DNA from: Candidatus Pacearchaeota archaeon | Lineage (GTDB): Archaea > Nanobdellota > Nanobdellia > Pacearchaeales > GW2011-AR1 | Direction of reading: 5' to 3' | Length of the DNA stretch: 64,000 bases | NCBI GenBank assembly: GCA_041649295.1 | Contig: JBAZNI010000001.1 | Span: 11,456-75,455, forward strand | Shown here: positions 25,440 to 33,025 of the stretch, piece by piece | How positions within the stretch are numbered: position 1 is the stretch's first letter | Layout of the letters: each line of letters starts with the position of its first letter | Notes under the pieces: generated by a model | What the model was told of the DNA's origin: nothing | The model's input: the letters and a program-made list of their open reading frames with translations, nothing else | Database searches by the model: none | Made by a program: the position numbers and the translations under genes

Positions 25440-26049
25440 TTTTATTCTTCTTTTAGGGAATTTAATTAAAATAGCTTTTGGTGCGTCTTTTACCCAGATA
25501 ATTAAGTTAATGCTGGAAACATACCTTTAACTACACCAATTCTTAAATAATGCCCCCTAATTAGTTATGGGCTGCAAAAACAGAATAAAAATATAAACAT
25601 CAATTTATTCTCGATAATAGTAAGTTCTTAACATTTTCAGTTTTTTAACAAGTTTATCTTGCCAAAGGCAGATAAAATTAGATAATATCATTTTTCCGAA
25701 GGAAAAATGTAATTGGCAGCATAAAACGATAAAATTGTGGTTCTAACATATTTGATGACAAGTATTATGGTTTGGGGTATTTAACAAATATTATCTTTTA
25801 TGATATGCTTGATTTATTATCTAATTATAAAAACTAGAATATTTACAACAGATTTTATTGATATTAATTTACCCTCAAAGTTTTCTTCACATTAAGTTAT
25901 ATTATTATAGCATTATCCTGCCTAATAAATAACTCTGTTGCGTATCTAACTAATCAATTACACAATAAATACATTGTCTCTAACATTAAAGGATATTTAT
26001 CTTCCAAAGTTTTCTCCACATTAGCCCTATTATTATATATATTAATAGG

Positions 26050-26418
26050 TTAACTGACTCTTGATACAGAGAAAACGGTTTTTAGAGCTACTATTATTGT
26101 AGCAGGTATAAACATTGTTAAAAGAGAGTTTAATATAGTAACTATCAGCAATCCTATATCTCCTATTAATATTAGTCTTTCCTGCCCCATTGAGCTTACT
26201 ATAACCAAAGAGATAATGGCAATTAAGAAAGTTGAAGCTTCTTTTGAATCTGCCCTGATACTTACCAATCCTATTATAATCCCTATGAATACAAGAAGAA
26301 TAAAAAGCCATTCTTTATGAGATACAAGAACAGTTTTCTGAAATATTCCCAGGATAACAGCAATAATCACTCCTGTGAACACAGCCCATGCCCCAAAAAG
26401 ATTTTCCTTTGATTTCAT
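26050..26418 (-). CDS. small integral membrane protein (122 aa, ~4 TM)
   Basis: Hydrophobic ORF. The overlapping alternative-frame ORF 26042-26311 is rejected. Confidence 0.5.
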   Translation of the reverse strand: MKSKENLFGAWAVFTGVIIAVILGIFQKTVLVSHKEWLFILLVFIGIIIGLVSIRADSKEASTFLIAIISLVIVSSMGQERLILIGDIGLLIVTILNSLLTMFIPATIIVALKTVFSVSRVS

Positions 26419-26639
26419 CTGATTATTAACATCTTAAACATTATAAATTTTGTTATATATGTTTTATAGGTAAAACTGCTAAAAATTGTAATCTTTTGAA
26501 AAAAACCTAAAAAACCTGAAAATAAGGCAAATTCACATTTTTTAACTTTATCGTCGTAAAAATCTGTTTTTAATTTTAACCAAAATTGCAGCAATAGAAA
26601 AATTTATAAATGGGTGTAACTCAAAAATTACAACACAAA

Positions 26640-28247
26640 ATGAAACAATATTTACTTACAGCAGTTCTATGCACATTGTTTTTAGCAAGTATAGTAAGTG
26701 CAATTACATTAAGTATTTCTACTCAGCCCGCAGTTTTGACAAGAGATGATAATGTTACCACATTTAGAATAACTTCAAATGAGAATGTTACTTTCAGCTC
26801 TCCTTCAAGTTTAATAATTGAAGATAATGATGGAAATCAGGCACTGCTTTCAATTATTAATACTACTGCTCTTTCAGAAACAACAAGTGCAACATACAGA
26901 GCTACTTTGACTTCAATTAATTCTGATTTTAATCTGGGGAAATACACAGAAAATGTTAATATTAATGCAATGAATATAACAGACAGCACAGTTATTAGTT
27001 CAATAAGTGTTCCTTTATCATTTGAACAAGATTATTGTGAAGTCGGGAATGTTGGAGATTTGGATATAGATGTAGATATTCAGAATGTAGAGGGATATGG
27101 AGAAAAAGATTTGGAATGGTATATGTTTGATAAAATTGAAGTAGAAGTGACTGTTGAAAACAACGGAAATGACGACTTAGGGGATGTTATAGTTGAATGG
27201 GGTGTTTATAATAAAAGAACAGGGGAATTTGTAATTGAGGAAGAAGAAGATGCAGGGGATATTGATGAAGATGAAGAAGGAGAGGTAAAAATAGCATTTA
27301 CATTAGACCCAAATGATTTTGACGCAGATGATAACGAAGATGACTTTGTTTTCTTTGTTAAAGCTTATAGTGATGAGTCTGAAGAAGCAAATCAGTGTAT
27401 TTCAGCTTCAGAAGATGTTACAATAATGAAAGACAAGCACTTTGTCATTGTGGGAAATATTAAAGTTCCTGAAACAGCTCAGTGTGGCGATACAGTAGAA
27501 GTTACAGCAGAAGTTTGGAATATCGGAGACAATGATGAAGAAAATGTTTATGTTACTGTTGAAAATAAGGAATTAAAGATTGACGAGAAAATAGAAGTTG
27601 GAGACCTGGATGTTTTTGATGACAAGAAAATCTCGTTTGAGTTTGTTGTTCCTTCAGGAATTTCAGAAAAACTATATGGATTAGACTTTAAAGTTTATGA
27701 TGAAGATGATGATGTTTACCAGAATGACGAAGATGAAGAATCTACTGCTAATAAAATATTAAAAGTTTCTGGAAATTGCCAGGCAAGCCAGCAGAAAGTA
27801 AGCATTTCTGCAGTTCTTGATTCAGAAGAAGCTGTTGCAGGAAAAGAATTTAGTGTTAAGGCAACTTTAACAAATCTTGGAAGTGAAAAAACAAGCTATC
27901 AAGTATTAGCAACAGGATATGAATCTTGGGCAAATATTGTTTCTACAATACCATCAATTTTAGAGCTTGAGCCAGGGCAATCAAAAGATGTAATAATCAA
28001 ACTTGTTCCAAATAAAGATGCATCTGGAGACAACGAGTTTAAAATACAAGCTGTATCTGGAGATAAAATAACAGAACAGAGAGTAAGTGTTGTAATCAAG
28101 AAATCTGGTGGTTTCTTCAGTGGATTAACTGGATTCACTATTTCAGATAATCTTGGCGGAAACTGGTTTATCTGGGCTATTGCAATACTTAATGTAATTT
28201 TGATAGTGATTATAATTATAGTTGCAATTAAGATTGCTTCTAAATAG
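26640..28247 (+). CDS. acidic secreted surface protein with CARDB-like beta domains and a C-terminal TM anchor
   Basis: Signal peptide MKQYLLTAVLCTLFLASIVSA; repeated VTVENNGNDDLGDV / VWNIGDNDEENVYV motifs; the C-terminus has a single TM followed by KIASK. The start at 26640 is preferred because the track ATG (26610) abuts the TATA box at 26603-26610. Confidence 0.65.
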   Translation: MKQYLLTAVLCTLFLASIVSAITLSISTQPAVLTRDDNVTTFRITSNENVTFSSPSSLIIEDNDGNQALLSIINTTALSETTSATYRATLTSINSDFNLGKYTENVNINAMNITDSTVISSISVPLSFEQDYCEVGNVGDLDIDVDIQNVEGYGEKDLEWYMFDKIEVEVTVENNGNDDLGDVIVEWGVYNKRTGEFVIEEEEDAGDIDEDEEGEVKIAFTLDPNDFDADDNEDDFVFFVKAYSDESEEANQCISASEDVTIMKDKHFVIVGNIKVPETAQCGDTVEVTAEVWNIGDNDEENVYVTVENKELKIDEKIEVGDLDVFDDKKISFEFVVPSGISEKLYGLDFKVYDEDDDVYQNDEDEESTANKILKVSGNCQASQQKVSISAVLDSEEAVAGKEFSVKATLTNLGSEKTSYQVLATGYESWANIVSTIPSILELEPGQSKDVIIKLVPNKDASGDNEFKIQAVSGDKITEQRVSVVIKKSGGFFSGLTGFTISDNLGGNWFIWAIAILNVILIVIIIIVAIKIASK

Positions 28248-28260
28248 TTCTTAAACTAAA

Positions 28261-28599
28261 ATGAAAAGCAGAAAAACAGATAGAAAAAAACTTGAAGATA
28301 GAGGGTACTATTTTGATAATTGTCCTGCTGATGGTAGAGGACGTGTTTTTTCAAGACATTGTAATTTTCCTCCTAAACCTATTGCCTCTTTTGGAAAATA
28401 CCCTATTAGAGGTTTAGTCATAGAATACAACATAGAAGATACTGAAGTTCTAACTGCTCAGGCATGTTTAAAAAAAGTTTTAGATGAAGAAGGTATTGCA
28501 TATAAAGAAAGACCCTCGAGAAAAGAAGTATTACCAATTCTAAGATGCAAGGCAGAAATATATTTAGCACTAGAAAGAAGAATAAGAGGAAAAGAATAA
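28261..28599 (+). CDS. hypothetical protein (112 aa)
   Basis: ORF only; I recognise no motif. Confidence 0.4.
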   Translation: MKSRKTDRKKLEDRGYYFDNCPADGRGRVFSRHCNFPPKPIASFGKYPIRGLVIEYNIEDTEVLTAQACLKKVLDEEGIAYKERPSRKEVLPILRCKAEIYLALERRIRGKE

Positions 28600-28611
28600 A
28601 CGGAAGTTAAA

Positions 28612-29829
28612 ATGTACACGTTTGCAATTCAGTTAATAGACTTGATTAAACTGCGTTATATCCAGTTATTCGCAGTGTTCTTCGTGTTAAGTTGGGCAAT
28701 ATACTTAACAAAATTAATTTATTCAAGCAAGTATTGGGGAATCAAATTTAAGGATTATGATTTCAAAGGTAAAGTTTCAGTTCTAATTCCTGTGGTAGAT
28801 GAAGATGAAGAAGTTTGGAAAAAAGTTTTGGAATCAATTAAAAATGGATTAAAAAATGTTAAACACGAAGTAATTGTTATAGCAAATGGAAAAAATGGAG
28901 AGGAAAATATAAAACTCGCCTTAAAATATGGATTTAAAGTAATAAGATTATCTGAAGCGAGTAAAAGAAAAGCAATTGAGGCAGGAGTAGAAAAAGCAAC
29001 AGGAGAGATTACTATAATTTTAGATTCAGATACAATAGTCTTAGAAGATTCTATTAAAAAATTACTGAAGCCATTTAGAAATCCACAGGTTGGAGGAACA
29101 ACACCAAGACACATTATTTTTAATCGTAAAAGAAGTTTATATACTAGAATATCCGACTGGCTTGAGGACATAAGATTTAATGAGGTAGTTGCAGGGCAGT
29201 CAATACACGGGGCTGTTTCCTGCCTTCCTGGAAGATTACTTGCTGTAAGAACTAATTTATTAAAAAGATTAGTCCCTGAATTAGTAAACCAGAAATTTTT
29301 AGGGGCAAGATGTATTTCTGGAGATGATAGATTTCTAACTTCTTGGTTGCTAGAAAGAGGATACTATACAGCATATGTCCCTGAAAGTGTGGTTATGACG
29401 AATGCTCCAGAAACACTCGAGGCATTTGTAAAACAAAGGCTAAGATGGTCAAGGACTTCTCTTAGGGAAACAATAAGGTCATTAGGATGGATTTGGAATT
29501 ATCCATTTACTGCTTTCACAACTATCTCTAATGTAGTATTAAGGTGGTTGTTTTTTGCAGTTATAATTTTAGCATTATTTAAATGGGTAGGGATAATTAA
29601 TATCCCCCATTATGTTAATTTTACATGGTATTTTGTTTCGTTTGGAACTATAGCAGGATTTTTTATTAGCGGGTTTTTGAGGCAGTTTAGACACATTTAT
29701 AGATATCCAGAAGATTTACTATATCTTCCATTATTCTTAATTGTTACCACATTTATTTTAACACCTGTTGAGTGGCTAGGAAATATTACTTTGAAAGAAA
29801 GCAAGTGGATGACGAGGAATACCAAATGA
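28612..29829 (+). CDS. processive family-2 glycosyltransferase (hyaluronan/chitin/NodC-synthase-like)
   Basis: 405 aa. Motifs are VLIPVVDED, ILDSDT, GDDRFLT and QRLRWSRT (D,D,D,QxxRW), with an N-terminal TM and several C-terminal TMs. Confidence 0.85.
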   Translation: MYTFAIQLIDLIKLRYIQLFAVFFVLSWAIYLTKLIYSSKYWGIKFKDYDFKGKVSVLIPVVDEDEEVWKKVLESIKNGLKNVKHEVIVIANGKNGEENIKLALKYGFKVIRLSEASKRKAIEAGVEKATGEITIILDSDTIVLEDSIKKLLKPFRNPQVGGTTPRHIIFNRKRSLYTRISDWLEDIRFNEVVAGQSIHGAVSCLPGRLLAVRTNLLKRLVPELVNQKFLGARCISGDDRFLTSWLLERGYYTAYVPESVVMTNAPETLEAFVKQRLRWSRTSLRETIRSLGWIWNYPFTAFTTISNVVLRWLFFAVIILALFKWVGIINIPHYVNFTWYFVSFGTIAGFFISGFLRQFRHIYRYPEDLLYLPLFLIVTTFILTPVEWLGNITLKESKWMTRNTK

Positions 29830-29890
29830 TAGGGAATATAGTTATCTTTTTGAATAACGACACACGCGCCTATACCTTAAAATAATTCAC

Positions 29891-30517
29891 TTACTTTCTC
29901 CTAAACACTTTTCTTATATATGAGTTTATCCTTTTTCCAAAAGAATGTTTTTGTTCTATTTCAAGAACAGCAAAACCAATTAATAACCCGATTAATGCTC
30001 CGGCAATAACATCGCTTAAGTAATGCACTCCACAATAAATTCTGGAAAAACCCACAATAAATGCAAAAATTATCCAAAAATATTTTAATTTTGGAAACTC
30101 TTTGTTAAGTATAGGAAGAGCAGCAAATACTACAACACTATGCATAGAAGGCATTGAAGAGCTCCATGTGCTCATATTGCTTTCAATTGCAGAACTTACA
30201 ACAGGCAGTCCAATTTGGAAAGGGCGCGGACGTTTTATTAAAATCTTAATTAAGTAAGTTAAACAAGCAGAGAAGAATAAAGTGAGCCATAAAGGCGGGA
30301 TATATCTTCTTTTATTCTCATTCCATAAAAACATGCTCGTCAATATAAAAAACATTATAATTGTCGAAGAAAGAAATCCAATTCCAAACAATATGTTTGT
30401 TAATAATTCAAATCTTATTTTAGCTGTTAATTCAATAATTAAACTGTCAAATTTTATGCTTATTATTGACAGCAGGGCAATAACCGACAGCAGTAAAATA
30501 AACCTCTCTTTCTTCAT
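29891..30517 (-). CDS. PAP2-family lipid phosphatase
   Basis: 208 aa; KRPRPF, SMPSMHS and SRIYCGVHYLSDV give the three PAP2 motifs. Multi-pass membrane protein. Confidence 0.85.
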   Translation of the reverse strand: MKKERFILLLSVIALLSIISIKFDSLIIELTAKIRFELLTNILFGIGFLSSTIIMFFILTSMFLWNENKRRYIPPLWLTLFFSACLTYLIKILIKRPRPFQIGLPVVSSAIESNMSTWSSSMPSMHSVVVFAALPILNKEFPKLKYFWIIFAFIVGFSRIYCGVHYLSDVIAGALIGLLIGFAVLEIEQKHSFGKRINSYIRKVFRRK

Positions 30518-30567
30518 AATATCTTAAAAAAGAATTTATTTAAATAGTTTGGTGTTTTTATGCCACC

Positions 30568-31089
30568 ATGGAAAAGCAGGATATCAAGGTGCTTTATATT
30601 GTCTTAAGATACTTGTTAATTTTGTTATTCGGTTTAGGGAATTTCTATTTGATTTATAAAATATTTGCCCCAATTACAGTTTATCTATCTTATTTTATGC
30701 TAAGCATTTTTTATAATCCTGTTGTTTTAAATAATGTTATTTTTATAAATAACTATGAAATTGAAATAATCAGTTCGTGCATTGCAGGAAGTGCTTATTT
30801 TTTCTTGCTCGGGCTTAATTTATCAGTTCCAATGGATTATAAAAAAAGAATTTACACCCTATTCTGTGCTGTTTTAATTTTTCTCTCATTGAATGTGCTT
30901 AGGATTGTTTTTTTATCGTCGCTGTTTATAAATGACTGTATATATTTTGATGTTATCCATAAATTTTTATGGTGGTTTTTTAGCACATTTTTAATATTAT
31001 TTATTTGGTTTTCAGAAGTTTTGATTTTTAAGATAAAGCCAATTCCCATTTATTCAGATTTTAAATTTGTTAAAAGACTAATTAAGTAA
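30568..31089 (+). CDS. exosortase/archaeosortase-family protein (small, pacearchaeosortase-like)
   Basis: 173 aa, polytopic. Candidate catalytic Cys in ISSCIAGS, Arg in NVLRIVF and His in DVIHKF, in the order expected for the exosortase/archaeosortase Cys-Arg-His triad. Confidence 0.55.
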   Translation: MEKQDIKVLYIVLRYLLILLFGLGNFYLIYKIFAPITVYLSYFMLSIFYNPVVLNNVIFINNYEIEIISSCIAGSAYFFLLGLNLSVPMDYKKRIYTLFCAVLIFLSLNVLRIVFLSSLFINDCIYFDVIHKFLWWFFSTFLILFIWFSEVLIFKIKPIPIYSDFKFVKRLIK

Positions 31090-31090
31090 A

Positions 31091-31272
31091 GAATATCCTA
31101 CCAATGTGTTTATTCAAAAAGGAGATTCGGCATTAAATAATAATTCTACAATATTATTAAATCAGATGAGGACTATTGATAAAAGAAGAATTTTGAGGAA
31201 ATTAGGTTCTTTAGATGTTTTTTAATGAATAAATTAGACTTAGCTATTAAACTTTGTTTGGCTCTAGATTAA
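31091..31272 (+). pseudogene. 5'-truncated, frameshifted mazF/pemK remnant
   Basis: Translates as EYPTNVFIQKGDSALNNNSTILLNQMRTIDKRRILRKLGSLDVF*, then after a frameshift MNKLDLAIKLCLALD*. This is collinear with residues ~54-114 of the intact MazF at 40017-40361 (EYPTNVFISKQDSHLNKDSTIMLNQIRTIDKSRIIKRISSLDFYSMNKVDFAIKISLGLE). Confidence 0.75.
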
Positions 31273-31285
31273 ACTCTAACTTAAA

Positions 31286-32104
31286 TTAACTTGCAGAGTA
31301 TTCTGGAGAAACAACATTTTTCATTGACTCTTCATATTCTTCAATGCTTTGCAGTTGTTTTAGGAGTTCTGCTTCAAATCTCTCAATAACTCTTATATCT
31401 TCATCGCATTTGTTAAATGTAAGAATATAACAGTTGGGATTTTTTTCATCCTGCACTATTTTAGTTTCATTTCCTTTTGTCAATAGAATTACAGTATTCT
31501 CTGCTTTATTTGTGCAATCAGCAAAGGTTACATTATTTTCTATTGCAGATTCATTTGTTGCTACAGCAGTTACTATGCCAAATTTAATCCCATTCATAAA
31601 CTGTGTAAACATTGCAGGAGCAACTGCCCCGCATTCATTAACATTTGCACTTAAATTTGCTGAGAAATAAGTTTTTCTCTTTGCAGTAATGCTTATATTT
31701 CCCTCCAGGGACACAATTTTTTCCAATGTTTTTGGCTTGTTTCTGAAAATAGTTGTGAAATTAACAATTTCTTCATCGCTATTTATCCCTTCGATTTTTG
31801 CAGTGTAAATTTTAAGTCCTGCAGGAAGTGTAGTTTCCTGCCAGTTAAAATCAGCATACTTGAATTTATTAGACTCTGAAATTACCCATGCCCCTAAAAA
31901 AATACCAAGTATTACCACTACAAGTATTATCAAAAGCCATACAGCTTCCCCCTCTTGTTTTTTTTCAACAGATTCAGGAAATGTATTTTCAGCACCAGAA
32001 TCTTCTTTAGTTTCTTCTTTAGAATTTTCTTCAGATGTTGCTTCAGGAATAAGTGCTTTAAGCACATCCCTTTTTTCTTTATTTGCTTCTTTTTTTCCTT
32101 TCAT
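31286..32104 (-). CDS. hypothetical single-pass membrane protein (Lys/Glu-rich N-tail, TM, extracytoplasmic domain)
   Basis: 272-aa ORF with one TM (VWLLIILVVVILGIFLGAWVI), start-to-stop adjacent to the upstream gene. Confidence 0.5.
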   Translation of the reverse strand: MKGKKEANKEKRDVLKALIPEATSEENSKEETKEDSGAENTFPESVEKKQEGEAVWLLIILVVVILGIFLGAWVISESNKFKYADFNWQETTLPAGLKIYTAKIEGINSDEEIVNFTTIFRNKPKTLEKIVSLEGNISITAKRKTYFSANLSANVNECGAVAPAMFTQFMNGIKFGIVTAVATNESAIENNVTFADCTNKAENTVILLTKGNETKIVQDEKNPNCYILTFNKCDEDIRVIERFEAELLKQLQSIEEYEESMKNVVSPEYSAS

Positions 32105-32694
32105 TATTGAACCCCAAGCATTTTAAAAATAATCCTGTCTGCTGATTTAATCTGTTCACTTTCACTGCTCTTAATAAAAAGGCAGTTATCTTGTTTATAA
32201 ATATTTGTTTCATTTGATATGCTAAAAAACATTATATTGCTTGAGCAGTTTTTTACAGGGGCATTTTCATTATCACATTTAATTCCTTCAACACATACAT
32301 CTCTTTGGTATCTTTGGATATATCTGCCAATATTGTTTAATATTTCTGCTTCTGCATACTGCTCTTTAAACACTCCATATAGTGGCTTTTGATAATATTG
32401 CTCAATAGTTATGTCAAAATCCAGCGAGATGTCTTCTGTTTCTTTTGGGTTGTAAAGTGTGATAAATTTTTCTCCATCTATTTCAATTTCCCAATATCCG
32501 TTATCATTTCTATTAAATTCAAAGCCATTATAAGTTATTTTATTTTTATTATTTTTATTATCTTCATTAAAAAAAGAATAACCTGCTGTGCTTATAACCA
32601 TCAGCCCGATTAAAATAACTCCTATGATAATCTGGTTTCTTCTTTTTTTCTTGTCCTGCTCTTCTTTGCTTTTTATTTCTCTCATAGCAAACAA
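32104..32694 (-). CDS. hypothetical single-pass membrane protein (same architecture as 31286-32104)
   Basis: 196 aa with a basic N-tail and the TM IIIGVILIGLMVISTAGYSF. Its stop overlaps the next gene's start. Confidence 0.5.
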   Translation of the reverse strand: MFAMREIKSKEEQDKKKRRNQIIIGVILIGLMVISTAGYSFFNEDNKNNKNKITYNGFEFNRNDNGYWEIEIDGEKFITLYNPKETEDISLDFDITIEQYYQKPLYGVFKEQYAEAEILNNIGRYIQRYQRDVCVEGIKCDNENAPVKNCSSNIMFFSISNETNIYKQDNCLFIKSSESEQIKSADRIIFKMLGVQ

Positions 32695-32983
32695 TCGTAA
32701 TGTTAATTTAAAAACTTTTAGAAAGTTTTTAATAGGTTATATGATATTATAGCATAAGACATTGATATTTCCTCGTTTATGTCTTTGCTATCAAGGGAAA
32801 GATATACAATTATGGTGGAAAACTTATGTCTTTCACTATAGTTAAGATTCTTAATGTTAGAAACGCAAATCAATTCATAAATTTATTTTATATCTTGTAA
32901 AAAGGTTTTCTTCACGTTAACAAAAGTGAGCAAAGCGAACGTTATTTATATTGCTTTTATTTTTACGAGAGTTCTCACAAGAA

Positions 32984-33022
32984 GTGAAAAAGAAAGAAAA
33001 AGTAAAATAAAAAATCAAAATT
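32984..33022 (-). terminator. oligo-T-rich putative terminator after the S-layer gene
   Basis: The minus strand just after the stop reads ttttgattttttattttactttttctttcttttt. Archaeal termination uses T-tracts. Confidence 0.35.
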
Positions 33023-33025
33023 TAT

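Noticed and set aside
25751-25830. Box C/D sRNA (TGATGA at about 25753)
   Set aside because: No CTGA D or D' boxes lie at the required spacing, and there is no terminal stem.
25858-26040. Possible CRISPR array or leader
   Set aside because: There are only two imperfect ~44-bp copies about 130 bp apart (with a weak third 7 kb away), no regular repeat-spacer periodicity and no cas genes in the window.
26042-26311. 89-aa ORF overlapping 26050-26418 in another frame
   Set aside because: The 122-aa frame encodes a coherent 4-TM protein, whereas this frame is Tyr/Asn/Ser-rich AT-bias noise.
26610-26639. Track start codon of the acidic surface protein (similarly 16557 for the DGR target)
   Set aside because: The ATG abuts (26610) or overlaps (16557) the TTTATAAA box itself. 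The next in-frame Met is 22 nt (16590) and 29 nt (26640) downstream of the box, and for 26640 it begins the signal peptide.
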